Below, piece after piece: positions 26,601 through 40,124 of a stretch of DNA of 64,000 bases. The stretch's first letter is position 1. Every line of letters starts with the position of its first letter. The notes below the pieces were generated by a model, which saw nothing but the letters and a program-made list of their open reading frames with translations, searched no databases and was not told the origin of the DNA. The translations under genes were made by a program, and so were the position numbers. The DNA is from Octopus vulgaris (taxonomy: Eukaryota), in NCBI GenBank assembly GCA_951406725.2, contig OX597817.1, positions 103,664,001 to 103,728,000 of the forward strand, given 5' to 3'.

Positions 26601-27073
26601 GATGAGCTGGTGAAGCACAACCTTTGAACATTGGGCCTCACAGAGGCAATAACAAGCAACCAAGGCCTTTGGAGATATGCTGTGCTTGAGAAGACTTGGC
26701 AAGCCAAGTGAGATTGTAGTCATGGCCGATGCCAGTGTTGCATAACTGGCCCATTTAAAAGCACCCTCTAATTGTCAGGTGATATGCCATGCTTATGAAG
26801 ATCTGTTGAACTGAGTGAAATCGATGTCAGTGCTGGTGTCATGTAAAAAGTGACATTTAAGCATGGCCAATGTCAGTGCCGTCTGACTGGCACCTGTACC
26901 AGTGCCACATAAAATGCACCCACCACACTCCCAAAGTGGTTGGTGTTAGGAAGGGCATCCAGCTAGGAACCTTGCCAAATCAGACTGGGGCCCGGTGCAG
27001 CCTCCCAGTTTTCCAGTTCTCAGTCAAACCATCCAGCTCATGCGAGCATGGAAAGCAAGACAGTGATGATGAT
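23620..27073 (+). mobile_element. Near full-length RTE-clade LINE, decayed
   Basis: APE endonuclease start (VGTLKGMSSEIVEMLEQRRVDLCHIQEVRW), RT motifs (QFGFVPGKST, LLYADD), Cys-rich insert, C-terminal region, then a 3' UTR ending in (GAT)n. Multiple stops and frameshifts. Confidence 0.95.
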
Positions 27074-28249
27074 ATAGCATCAAACCTGCAAACGAAATCT
27101 ATCAGAGCTATTGTTTATCAAGTGTCATATATTTGGTCTTCTTTCTTTTTAGATACATCCAGACATGTAAAAGTAGTCTTAGAATTTCTGTGTGTTTTCC
27201 CACTTAAGTATATTGCAGAATATATTAACTTTATACATTAGCTCAAGGTCCAAAATTTGTATTGGAAAGGTCAGTTGAAATACTTCTAGTACATAACTGC
27301 TACTTCTTCTATTGATGTAGAAGGTGTGAAAAGCAAAATTAATTCTAGGAGAATTTTATGCCTGAATGTAAAGGGCTGGCATTTGGTCTGATGAAGCACT
27401 AGCATACTTGCTATTTTAGTACCACTGTCACAATGATCTAATTGTGTGTGTGTGTGTGTACATATTCCTCCAATTAGGTTCATTTGGCAGGGCCTCAAGT
27501 CATGCCTAATCTAACAGACTCCCCTGGTATTTATGATTGTCAATGATATAATGTTTGTATAGTATTACTGTATAATGTAGTAGGCTACAACACTAAATAT
27601 TGAACAGTTTTGTCCCTCAGAATTCAAAGATCATATTTTGCCTGAGTTAAAATGGATACATTTTCTGAATTAATGAATGAAATAAATATTAGGTATACAT
27701 TGAGGTGATTCAATCAACTTAATCCTTCTGAGGATTTGTGGAATTTTGCCAATGTAAGAAAACATTCTTATATACTATATATAAACTCTAAATGATAGAT
27801 GAAGACTGAGAATGAATACTATAAATTGTTTCAAGTTCCAGTAGGAATCTGGCAAGCTGGATTTGACGCAAATTCTTGGCAAGCTTACTCAATGAAAAGT
27901 TTTCATGTTTTGGATTATTTTCAAGTTGAAAACTGTATGACTATGTGGATATTCACCCCTTCCAGGAGTAAAGAAATGAAAAGATATGCTTTTAGATATT
28001 TTACAAATTTTGTTTTTGCTACTCATGCTAAACTGCAGGGAATTCACCACCACTACCACCACCAAAAAATTAAAAAAAAGGTAACTTTACAAAAACATAG
28101 TATAAACTTAGAAAACTGAAAATAAACTTAATAGGTAAGTATATATACTTGTCAAATGGAAAATAATAACAATTTTAACAAGCAAAAACATTAACAACAG
28201 CAACTTTTTCACTGATGTTGCCAGTCAAAGAAACAGCTGGCTGTTACTG

Positions 28250-30082
28250 AACTAGAAAACAGTGTAGCAGTTGATTGTCACTAAAGACAGTGCCTCTTTA
28301 TATGTAGGATTCATGCAACAACAAAGAGGCAAGTATATCTGGTTTGTGAATGAGATTGCGAGTTTTCAAGGGCCTTCAAAAGAACAATTGACTGATTTGT
28401 GGAAAGACAGAGTCTCTATTATCTAAAACAAAATATAATGGAGCATGTGCTTCATTTTCAAGACCAAAGTCAAAGTGAAATGATAGATCAGTTAGTGCAC
28501 CATGCTTCTGAGTAAGAGGAGTACAATGGTCACAGGAACATTAACAACAACACTGACAATTTGGTTCGTCAATACAGTATGAGCAGTGTTTGGTGTCAAA
28601 GCAACTAGCAATGATATATAATGAGATGGGGTTCTCCATAGACATACAAATCATAACTTTTGAAGATCAGAGAGCCATTCCCGAACTGTGCCTTGTCAGG
28701 AGACTAGGAAAAAGAAAACCTATGAGACTGGTAGTGCAGGGTAGAAGGCTCAGTTGCTCCACATGCGTACCTACTTTTGTCTTGAAGGGAGTCAAACGGT
28801 AGAGAAAAAGAAAACAAGAACAGACCACAAGTGTAGTTCTCAAGAGATCACCAATCATGGGTCTTGAAATGACAGAAAAATCTCAAGAGCTGACAAGGCA
28901 GCCAGCAGAGAGGAAAAGACCAAGAAGCTAAGAGCTTCATCCTTATATTGGAGATGAAATGGAGTCCACTGAAGGGTTGCAAAGCAACTGGAAAAAAACT
29001 AAAGAAAACAAACCATAAAATCTCCAAACAAGTGTGCATGATACAAGAGAAGAAGGTTGCTTCCACAGAGGCCCTCAACGTTATATTGATCCGAAAAAAA
29101 TGATTGCCCATGCAATTTAATGTAAACCCTATATATAACCGACTAAATAACAAATTGACTGAATGTGAGATAAGAAAGCAATACCACACTCACCTAAACA
29201 AAAGACTTTTGGTGAAGAGTTGTATTAGTACATCTATTCAAATCCTGGATGCAACACGTTTTGTAAGCATGACTGGGTCCTGGCGGCAAATAAACGTATG
29301 AGGGATTCTTTTTTAAACCGAGATGTAGGATACTTCACAGTTCGACTGACTCAAAATGTGCTCATGGACACTTTTGGACAGGGATGGATAGTCTCAACCC
29401 AGGTGGCTCCATCTCGCTCGTCCGTGTGAAGAATGCCTTTATTTGGAAGATAAAAAAAAGGACATTAAAAAAAGATAAAACATACTCTTACTGCCATGAA
29501 ATAAAATATAACAAATATTTTTCGAGGAAATAAAACATTAGTTAATTAAGATGAAAATAAAATTAGACAAAATAACAATACAATGAGTGCAACAAATACG
29601 TCGCAGAAGGGGAAAAACTGGGTAAGTGCCTCGACGATGTCCTTAAGCATATAACGGAGAGCAGAATGATACCTCTTTTTTTCTCTGCCTCAGTCATTAA
29701 AATCCCATTAAGTTGTACCTATTTTTGTGCCTTGTCTCCACTGCATTAGTTGTTGACACCACAAAGCATTTCTATCATAAGGCGTTGAAACTGATCGTGC
29801 AAGATAGCTGATGACGGTTGAATTTTCGGTTTTGTTTCGTTCGTTCTGTCTGTTACGTGCCTTTATCACTTGCGCTTATTCCTTACACTCGTGATAACCA
29901 ACATAACTTCTCTCTCTATGTATTGATATTAAATTTAAACATGTTCTTTTAGATATATATTGTATGACATCCATCGTCCCTAATTTTTATATAATATATA
30001 TTTGTACACCCCTACACATCTTACATGTAACTCGTTTTGCATGTTGGTGTACATAACTGGGCCCTAGTGGTAAATAAATAAA
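28250..30082 (+). mobile_element. Decayed ORF1/gag-like retroelement remnant with A-rich 3' end
   Basis: ORF 28590 contains GFSIDIQI...IPEL...MRLVVQGRRLSCSTC, resembling the VV-x-GR-x-x-C-x2-C lead-in to a zinc knuckle of L1/Tx1-type ORF1. The region ends ccctagtggtaaataaataaa. Confidence 0.45.
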
Positions 30083-30091
30083 CGGATTATT

Positions 30092-30310
30092 GATCTGGCA
30101 GAATAGAATCGTTAGCACGCCGGACAAATAGCTTGGCAGTATTCCTTCTGTCATTACCTTTCTGAACTCAAAATTCCGCCGAGGGCGACTTTGTCTTTCG
30201 TTCTTTCGGGGTCGATGAAATAAGTACTAGACAAGCACAGAGATCGATGCAATCGACTTGTCCCTTACCCATAAAATTCAGACCCTGTGACTATTGCAGA
30301 AAGGGTTATT
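30092..30310 (+). mobile_element. SINE family B copy
   Basis: ctggcagaat...aattccgccgag...ttcggggtcgatgaaataagtac...agaaagggttatt. Confidence 0.85.
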
Positions 30311-31728
30311 ATAAATGTGTTTTCGTGTGAATGAACGCGTTTTTCAGACCTCCCTGACAAAATCAAATTATTACCAAATTTCCCTAGGTGATTGGGTGAA
30401 TTTTCTTTTAACTATTTTACAAATAGAGTACTTTGGAACATGTGACCCTGTATATGTGATAGAGGAAAAATTTTCCTTTTGACAATATTTACTTATTCCT
30501 GGAAAATTTTCTTGTATTTACATTTCACCAGAAGCGATGAGAACGAAAAGAAAATAAGTACTGAATAATTTTCGAATACACTAAAATTAATAACACAAAA
30601 AAAAACGAACAAAAAATGTTAACAAAGCAAACAGATACACTTAAAAATACTGTCACAGTTTGATATGAAGAAATCGCAAATTTGCATGACATAAAAGTAC
30701 TAACAATACTGCAATCCTGTTCGATATTACCAAAAGTACTAGCAAGAATACGTTTGCTAACTTTATAAATTTAAGTGAAGTATTAGATGTGAAAAAAGTG
30801 TTGCATCATTATGTCAAAAAGTGCGTCTCCAGATCAGCTGATCAGCTTTGCGAAATCTAAATAGAATTACGATGTTCCCTCAAAGGAAATCCTAGACAAA
30901 CTGCAGCGCTATTTCGACTCCATAGACAGAGATAAGAATATGAAAGAGTGTGTCTGACTTTTAAAAATAATGACGAGGTAAGAAAAGAAGCTGAACTGGT
31001 GAACGTCACAGCAAGATACGTTGATGGTGACGTTGTCCCTTAGCTTCTCGTCACCTTTGCAGCAGAATTCAAGCGGGTTGTGAGTGCCGAGTTAACAAGA
31101 ATTGTTTTATGAGTTTTCCGAGACATCCAAGTCCTGATAACGCTCGAAGATCACAAAGATATTCTGAAAGTGTATCCCATTATGAATGCAAATGCAAACA
31201 CCATATGACTGGTAGGCAAGTTCTGTTCCACGCGTGGCAGTAAGCTGCACTTGAAGAGAAGCACCAGTCGCAACTCTGAAGAAAGCAAAAGAAATCGCCT
31301 CGTCCTCAGCACCAAGAACCAACGACCAGAGTTCTATCCCTCCCTCACAATTGGTAGTACTGTCTAATTGTCTGTCAGTAATGAAGATGGAGGATGGACA
31401 AGAGGGATAGACTGTTGGGGCCAGTGGGGGTGGAGGCGGGAGTGAAATGGAGCAGAAAGTAAGACATGCAAGAAAACACATCGTCTCCGGACTTAAATGA
31501 AGTTCACAGTCCTCCGAATAGCCAATGAGGGACTGATTGACTTTGAACGAACTGCAAAGAGATGAGCAGTTAGGTCTATGAACAGTTATACTTTTATGCA
31601 CATTCCGACACGCGAATCACTCACGATCATTGTTCGTGATTGAACAATTTGAGTACATAGAAAAGGAACAGTCAGAGTTATTTTGTTTTATTCATATTCT
31701 ATTATATCCATATTAATATATTCATTTA

Positions 31729-32246
31729 ATATTAATATTCTTTTACTTGTTTCAATCATTTGACTGCGGCCATGCTGGAGTACCGCTAAGCATTGGGACA
31801 AACACAGACACACAAACATATACACACAAATAGGAGTGGCTGTGTGGTAAGTAGCTTGCTTACCAGCCACATGGATCCGGGTTCAGTCCCACTGCGTGGC
31901 ACCTTGGGCAAGTGTCTTCTACTATAGCCTCGGGCCGACCAAAGTCTTGTGAGTGGATTTGGTAGACGGAAACTGAAAGAAGCCCGTCGTATATATATGT
32001 ATATATATATATGTGTGTGTTTGTGTGTCTGTGTTTGTCCCCACCAACATCGCTTGATAACCGATGCTGGTATGTTTACGTCCCCGTTACTTAGCGGTTC
32101 GGCAAAAGAGACCGATAGAATAAGTACTGGGCTTACAAAGAATAAGTCCCGGGGTCGAGTTGCTCAATTAAAAGCGGTGCTCCAGCATGGCCACAGTCAA
32201 ATGACTGGAACAAGTAAAAGAGTAAAGAGTAAGAGTAAGAGTAAAT

Positions 32247-32297
<51 letters not shown>

Positions 32298-32468
32298 TAC
32301 ATATACGACGGGCTTCTTCCAATTTCCGTCTACCAAATTCACTCACAAGACTTTGGTCGGCCCGAAGCTATAGTAGAAGACATTTGCCTATGGTGCCACG
32401 CAGTGGGACTGAACCCGGGACCATGTGGCTGGCAAGCAAGCTACTTACCACACAGCCACTCCAGCGCC
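31729..32468 (-). mobile_element. SINE family A (outer copy, minus strand), interrupted by a second copy
   Basis: Tail at ~31735-31790 and head at ~32296-32462, both on the minus strand. 12-bp TSD tatattcattta at 31717-31728 and 32469-32480. Confidence 0.85.
31832..32243 (+). mobile_element. SINE family A, full-length inner copy
   Basis: A-box-like tggctgtgtgg, B-box-like ggttcagtccc, CORE-like accttgggcaagt, internal microsatellite and (aagagt)n tail. Confidence 0.92.
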
Positions 32469-32644
32469 TATATTCATTTAGTTATTTTTTTTAAAATTAT
32501 TTTTAATGTTCCAGTATATTGTTTAATGTCCCTGCTCTCCGTCCATTTATATATGATTATATATGTACATTCCAACATGTTTTTCTAACCTCTTCCATGA
32601 CACACTGAACGGTCCCTAGTGGAAAAAAAATTAAAAGGCTTTGT

Positions 32645-33374
32645 AGATCGGCAGAATCGTTTAAGCAGTGTTTATTTATGCACCTATGCGCTTTCGGTTT
32701 AAATCTCTTCAAAGCATTATTATTATGTGGCAGTCCACTAGCACAATCGCCAGGGCTTCTGAGAAAATGTGTTCTGGTTCTTTAAGCTCTGAGTTCAAAT
32801 GCTGCCGAAGTCACCTTTGCCTTTTATCCTTTTGGGGTCGATGAAATAAGTACCTGTCCAGTACTGGGGTCAATGTAATCGACAAATCCCTCCCGTAAAA
32901 TTGCTGACTTTGTGCCAAAATTTGAGACAATTATTACTATTATTATTGGTTTGCCATTCATCCTTCGATGAAATAAATACCAATTGAGTACTGGATTCGA
33001 TGTAAACAATTTACTTCCTCCCCGAAATTGGCTTTGTGCCAAAATCATCATCATCATCATCATCGTCGTCGTCGTCGTCGTCATCATCGTCGTCATCATC
33101 GTCATCATCATCATCATCATCACCATCACCACCATCATCATCATCATCATCATTATTATTAAGGTGTCCAACTGGCAGAATCGTTAGCGCGTCGGGCGAA
33201 ATGCTGAGCAGTATTTCGCACTGTCGCTACGTTCTGAGTTTAAATTCCGCCGAGGTCGACTTTGCCTTTCATCTATCCGGGATCGATAAATTAAATATCA
33301 GTCAAGTACTGGAGTCGATGTAATCGACTATCCCCTTTCCACAAACACCAGACCGTGTGCCTATAGTAGAAAGG

Positions 33375-33416
<42 letters not shown>

Positions 33417-34062
33417 GGCCTTGTTAATTCAGTTAAAAAAAAACGACTGTTAATATTTAGGCGATGAGCTGGCTGAATCGTTGGTGTATTCGACAAAACA
33501 CTTTGCAACATTTAGTTATGGTTCTTTACGTTCTGAATCCAAATCCCACCGAGGTTAACTTTATTTTTAACCCACCCCCTCCTCGCACCCGATGCTAACA
33601 CTTCTCCGGCTCAAATTTCATCCCCTGTGCCTATGCTAGGAAAAAAATTAAAGGCGGCGATCTGGTAAAATCGTTAGAGAGTCAGAAAAAATAACTTGCG
33701 ATATTTCTTCCAGCCCTTTACATTCTCAATCCAAATTCCGCCCAGGTCATGTTGGCTTTCCATCCCTGTCTAGTACTGTGGGGTGGAGTCGTTTATATCG
33801 ATTCACTCTCACTTCTCAAATCTGCTGGCCTTGAGCTTAATTTCGAACAATTACTTAGGACGGTGAATTGGCAGAATCGTTAGATCGTCATAAAATACGT
33901 TGCAGCATTTATTTCAGATCGTTACGTGTTGAGTTCAAATCTCGAAGTCAAATTTGCCTTTCATTTCCTCGGAGGTCGATAAAATAAAGTAAGAGTCAAA
34001 TACTGAAGTCGATGTAATTGACTACCTTCACCAAGAAAATTGTTGGCCTTGTGCCGAAACCC
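32645..34062 (+). mobile_element. Head-to-tail cluster of about seven SINE family B copies and fragments
   Basis: Copies start near 32645, 32727, 32950, 33161, 33458, 33651 and 33857. Several are separated by (ATT)n or (CAT)n tracts. Confidence 0.85.
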
Positions 34063-35199
34063 TTATTGTTGTTGTTGTTGTTGATGATGATGATGATGTT
34101 ATTAAGAGAATGACTAGTAGAGTCACCTTTAATCTCGAGTTTGATCGACCAGGTCTTAACTGAGGTTGAAATTTAACATGAAGAACAACAATAATGTTTT
34201 AAGGTTAAAGGAAAAACTTAAAATGAAAGTGCTTTTGGGGGTTAATTTTTAGAATGACACACCAAATTCTGGTCAACACTTGAATCTCGGAGACTTTTAC
34301 TAACGAGTATTTTTTTTAATGTCCCTTCACACAGCTTTTCTATTTTATGTTTATCTTGTGGCGAAAGATAGGAGACTGCAAGTTTAAAGTTCTCCGATAA
34401 GAAAAGAAATAATCACAAGAGGAGCCAAGCTTTCACAAGGCCATCTTGTCCATTTTCTTTATGAAACAAGTAAGAATTTCAGCAATGAAAACTGCAGTGC
34501 TACGTTTGTAAGAGTGACAAACCATTTGCAGATTTTCTTTCTTAACAACGATTATATAAACAAGTACAACAATGTTTGCAGTAATACCAGCAACAACTAC
34601 AATAATATTAAGGCAACCAAGGACTCTCTACATAGCTGTTCGGCTTGCTAGAAATATCAGAGAAATTTTCTTCAAATCACCCCTTGCTATTTAAAATAAC
34701 ACATTAGACCATGTAATCCATCATATACAAAAAGCCAAGATGGTTACAGTTGGAATACTTTGACCATAAGCATACTTGATCAGGACTGACGTGGGGCTAG
34801 AGTCAGTTCTAACTTATGTACAAGGTCCCAAATTTAAAAGTAAGGGTAAATTTTAAACATCGAACTTTACCGGTACTATATTTTTACCAATTCTTGAAGC
34901 ATCAAAGACAAAGTTGGGTCCGCTTTCTTTGGCATGCTCTTTATATATTTTCATAAATATGCTCTGTCTTCCCTTAAATGTTGTTGTAGGTTAAAACATT
35001 CATTAGTTCTTTGCTTGATATGCGAAGAACTGTGAAAAATCACGAGAGCAGCGCCAATCTTGAAAATTATGCTTACATTCCTTTTAAATTCATTTTTCTT
35101 TTGAAAAGTTTTTGTTTTGTTTTTTTCTTTTCACGTTCCTGGTAGTTTGGTTCCTCTGTCGCTTGCTCAGTTTGTACTCTTTGTTACAATACGATGATG

Positions 35200-35800
35200 T
35201 AGCACTACAAGGAGTGGGATCCATGGATGTTTTGGTCGAGAACTTAGACACACAGCAAATTTTTTTGGCTATTCTTCGACCTTGTGTTGTTGATGCCGAT
35301 TCTACTGCTGTTCCCCATTCTGTTTATCTGTCTGTCTATCTCCCTCCCCCTCTCCCTCTTTCTTTCTTTGCTTTTTCAGGGCAGTGAGTTTTCAGTGGTC
35401 CGAGCTGCCACACGTATGGAAGCTAGACCTACCGGCATTCTCAAGGTCTTTCCTTCCACCCAATTGACGGACAACAGTTTCGATATAGCACCTTAGTCAT
35501 GGACGTCACTGGGATTTGTATGCCCATACAGATCCCTCTTGATCATACATCATTTTTAGATACCTCGACAATTTCCACCTGCTTTTACTGTGTGACAAAG
35601 ATCTTAATAAGCTAAGAGTCAACATCACTGCCCTGCTCCTGGTTGTGATTTTTGTATATCATAGAACTATCTTAGAACATTTAATTTAGAAATGAAGCTA
35701 CAAAAGTGATCAGAAACATTAAAATTTCTGACCGACCGTGAGACCTGCATCTTGCTGAATATCAACCTATATTCTAACATAACAGGCACGAGGTCATGCG
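35200..35800 (-). mobile_element. Decayed zinc-knuckle ORF1-like remnant
   Basis: The minus strand at ~35381-35440 reads GRSSFHTCGSSDH*(fs)KTHC, a broken CCHC knuckle, preceded by GICMGIQI. Confidence 0.35.
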
Positions 35801-37363
35801 TCGGAATGACAACCATGGAAATGAAGGTAGGAGCTAGATCACCAGAATTCCTTCAAGTGTCTGGGATTTTCTAACAACATTGTATCGACAGACTGTATAT
35901 AAAATTTATAAACTTTAATGTTGCAGTGAATCACAGTAAAGGAGTGAAGGTGGTATGCATACGATGACGTTCGATGTATGGGAGGATCAAGGTGACAGAA
36001 CGAGATATAAGTTGTCAGAAAAAGACGGTTTGGAAGGTGAAAATCCTAATGCCATCTTAGACTAACTTGGATTGGGTAAGAGAACTTGTAAGTCAGGTAT
36101 CAAATTAATTTTCAAAATTTACCCGTGTGATTGAGCACCTAGATGGCATATATTCAAGTTATCAGTAAGGTGTCCACAATTATGTGCAGCAGCAGCAATA
36201 GTAGTTGTTGCTAGTGCTTTCGTTATTTCTGTCTAGATCCAAATCCATCAGACCTAAAATCGGAAGATTTTCATCCCGCCTTTTTATTTTTCATATGTAG
36301 GACTACACCGTTCGATACATCCTTCTTTTTCTAAGAAGGTAGCGTGTAATTGAAGGAGATTTGATTTCTATTTATAGTAGATTGAGCAAACTGCGTAGAG
36401 TCTATCTCGTTAGATCATTTCTATGTACTTGACTTTAAAACTACAGAGTCGACTTGGATAAAAACTTCTAAGAAGTTAATAGAAATTGCGTGTGTTATTT
36501 CCAGCACGAAAACTAGTTACTGGAGATTGTTAAGTAGGTATAAGTAATATATGGAAGTTGGGGATTAAAAATTTTAAAAAAAGAGATTAGATTGTATATT
36601 TATAATTTCTTCTGTACCAAACATGAATGTTATGTTTCTTAGTTAATGCACATTCAAAAGACACAGATGGCAGAGCCATATCGTAGTGACATGGCTATCT
36701 TCCGACAAACCCATTACAAGACCATAATGAAACGTGCGGTATTTTCCAGTTGCAGTTTATGAAATGAACCAAGTGTATGTTTGAATTTCACAGCAAATGA
36801 GACAAAGTAGTGAAGTCATGACGTCGTCTAAAGTATAGAAGGATCAAATATGGCTGACTAAGGGGTAAATTGATCGTCAGAGTACTAAATATATCGAGCA
36901 TACTAGATCTCTATTTGTTTTTTGTTCTGTCTCTACAAACTGGAAATTTGTGTAAGCCGAAGAGTGATTGAACCGTATAGAGAAAATGCAAGTTGAAGGG
37001 AAATAAGTTTAGAGCCTTAGCGCTGGTAAATGTAGTGGTAATACTGTCGGATAGACACAAACTAATGTACTCGTCGAAGTTCTAATAGCCAATGCTATTT
37101 TTTAAAGTTTTTATTTTACTGGCGCAAAAGTGTCGTAAATTAACACTGTATTAACATAATTACGAAAAATACTAAAATTAAGTTTTGATAAGTGCAGGCA
37201 AGTGCTACAGAAATCGAATTTAAAGCATACAAAATATGAAAGAAACCAAAACATTTTAAGTTGGTGATAAACAATAAAATATATATTGAGTAATAAAAGT
37301 GAAAAACTAGGAAAATTAATACAAAAATGAGAATATAATATTGGCAGGATAAGTAGAAATTTG

Positions 37364-37782
37364 GGCGAACGTAAAGAATGTGGACCGCACCTCGCTTTCG
37401 TTAGTTAATTTTTTTTGTACAGAATCCCCCATTTTCGAGTACGCAGATTCTGATTCTGCAAAAAAAAAGAAAACGGCATTTTAAAATTTCAGTTCCCCCC
37501 ACCCCCAGATTCTTCAATTTTCACTTTTTTTTCAGGAATTATTTTAGAATAAAAATCTCCGTATTTTTCTACGTATTTCGCCAAAAAAAAAAAGAAAAAA
37601 ATCTGAAAAAAAGTGGAAACTGAAGAATTTTAGGGGGTGGGGAATTGAAATTTTAAAATGTTTTTTTTTTTTTGCAGAATCAGAATTTCCGTACTCGAAA
37701 ATGGGGAATTCTGTAAAAAAAAATAAACAAAATAAATATAAAATAACGAAAGGGGGTGCGGTCCGCATTCTTTACGTCCGCC
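37364..37782. mobile_element. Foldback-type MITE with ~170-bp terminal inverted repeats
   Basis: Ends GGCGAACGTAAAGAATG and CATTCTTTACGTCCGCC. The arms are complementary across most of the element. Flanks are gaaatttg and taaatttc. Confidence 0.85.
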
Positions 37783-38347
37783 TAAATTTCTTTGTTTAAT
37801 GCTTTAAAATCTATACATTAATACAATTATAAGTTTCTACCAACCTACCTTTTGTGTCATGCTAAGGTAAGTAGATCAAAGAAGAGAGAAAACCAGGGAA
37901 AATTAAGAGAGAATAACAGTAAATCTTTATTATGATGTTTGTTGCTTGCTTCTTGCTGGTAGTCATGGAAGTGTTGGTAGCGGCAACAACAATCACTTGC
38001 ACTAATCAAAACGTATTTAAAAAAAAAAAATTTTTTTGCAGGAATAAAGTGTTGGTCGAAACTACCTCCTTCATGAAATAATGTCTTACTAACAACATCA
38101 TTACAATAAACTATTGCAGTCCGCAATGTATTATGTGTGCGTTTGTTTGCTTGTGTGTGCACGCGTGTGAGCGGGTGTATGATCATACATCTGGTATTTC
38201 ATTTTTCTTCCCCTATCTTTCACTCTTACCTTCCCAACCAACACTTTTCTCTCCTATCGCTGACTCCCTCTATCTTTCATACCTGCCATTCGCCGTCTTC
38301 TCCACTGTTACTACAATACGAGACAACTAAAGCCCTCAATGTTCACA

Positions 38348-38742
38348 GGAGTGGCTGTGTAGTAAGTAGCTTGCTTACCAACCACATGGTTCCGGGTTCA
38401 GTCCCACAGCGTGGCACCTTGGGTAAGTGTCTTCTAATATAGCCTCGGGCCGACCAAAACCTTGTGAGTGGATTTGGTAGACGGAAACTGAAAGAAGCCC
38501 ATCATATATATGTATATGTATATGTGTGTGTTTGTGTGTCTGTGTTTGTTCCCCCAACATCGCTTGACAACCGATGCTGGTGTGTTTGCGGCCCCGTAAC
38601 TTAGCGGCTCAGAAAAACAAACCGATAGAATAAGTGCTAGGCTTACAAAGAATAAGTCCTGGGGTCGATTTGCTCGACTAAAGGCGGTGCTCCAGCATGG
38701 CCGCAGTCAATGACTGAAACAAGTAAAAGAGTAAAAGAGTAA
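38348..38742 (+). mobile_element. SINE family A, full-length
   Basis: Near-identical to the copies at 31832 and 58551. Confidence 0.92.
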
Positions 38743-40124
38743 ACAAGACCTGTGAAATTTCCATGGGTTTCATAAGTATTTATTATTATATTATGCGTTG
38801 AAATCCTGTTGCCTTAATGGTTTAAAAAAAAATATTGCTACTGTCATTTAACAGTCAAAGAGACAATGAGTTCCAGATTTGTATGTGGCGTTTAATAAGG
38901 AAGTAATACGCACAAAAATTAGTACATGTGAGTGGAAATTGTTACTCTCTGCACATGGTCTAGGTGTATGTCATTCGACAAAGAAATGTAATGAGAAAAG
39001 GAAACGTCGATCTTCTTATGTAAGATTTTTTTTGCGGCGTTTGTGATAAGATGGTAAATTATTTACAATACTCTGATCCCCATGAAGCTTCATTTTTCTT
39101 GCCGTTGCTTACAAATAAGATTTTTAAACATAGAAGGCATTCATTGGTATATTTTGGAGTCTTTTAATTAAGTCTGTTCCGAATTAGATACTGAAAAAGC
39201 CGAGTTAAGAATTTATAAAACCTCAGTAATATTTTGAGCTAAAGAAATTTTAAATATGCTAACAACTATTAAAATTCAAATATTTACTTTGCGTAATTTC
39301 TTGGAAACTGACACCCACAATACATTAGTAAATTCTAAATGTCATTATCGTTTATGTACATTCTGAAGATGCTTCATCTTGGAGAAACTCCACTTTCTCC
39401 ATCCTCAATAATTATTATTAACCGCAAGTAAATCCATAGTACTACTTCAAAATTAATGAATAAGGGAAAGACCACAATTTACTCACACGCAGCATGTTTC
39501 AGAGCTTGTCGATAACTCAGTTCTTAACCAAATTGAAAACTGCCAACATTTTTGAAGAGGACTGGTCCCTAGCTACATTTTTGCATGAAAAAAACTGAGA
39601 TTTAATCCAGCAGAAAAAGTTTACATCAAAATTTGTATCAACGTTGTAGGAGAGTAAATAACGCCACCAATCAAGTTTAAATCTAAATAACTTTCTTAAT
39701 TTAAAAGCAAAATATATTTATCTTAGCTTCCATTAAAGCATGAAAAATTTTATTGTTTTGGTCCCATGCAACAAAAATTTGTATAAAAAAAGGTGTGAGG
39801 TAAAATATGAAAAAAGATATAAGGCAAAAAATTGGATTTAAGTTTAATTAACTTTTTTATTTTAAAAACAAATGATAGAGCTCAATTCAAGGAATTTCAT
39901 GGCATCAATCTCATGCAATGAAGTTTTAAACGAAAAAGTTATGAGTGTTTGTTTCTTAAATTTGAGGGTGATAATATAGCTCTATACTTTTTAATGAATA
40001 TAGTTCTATAAAAGGTCATTTAATATGTCACCGGCGTCATTGAGGTAAGGAAAAAATTATCGACGACACCGATAATTGACACATTTAACACATTATTAAA
40101 TAGCATAGCCTGGAAAAAACAAGG

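Noticed and set aside
31107-31601. 164-aa minus-strand ORF as a gene
   Set aside because: No recognisable homology or splice context. It is likely the antisense frame of a decayed + strand repeat.
31832-31910. tRNA gene
   Set aside because: It has A/B-box-like motifs but continues into SINE body and tail, and I see no complete cloverleaf. The same applies to the other SINE heads.
32824-33511. Poly-Ser, poly-Met and poly-Ile ORFs
   Set aside because: They are (CAT)n/(CGT)n/(ATT)n tracts between SINE copies.
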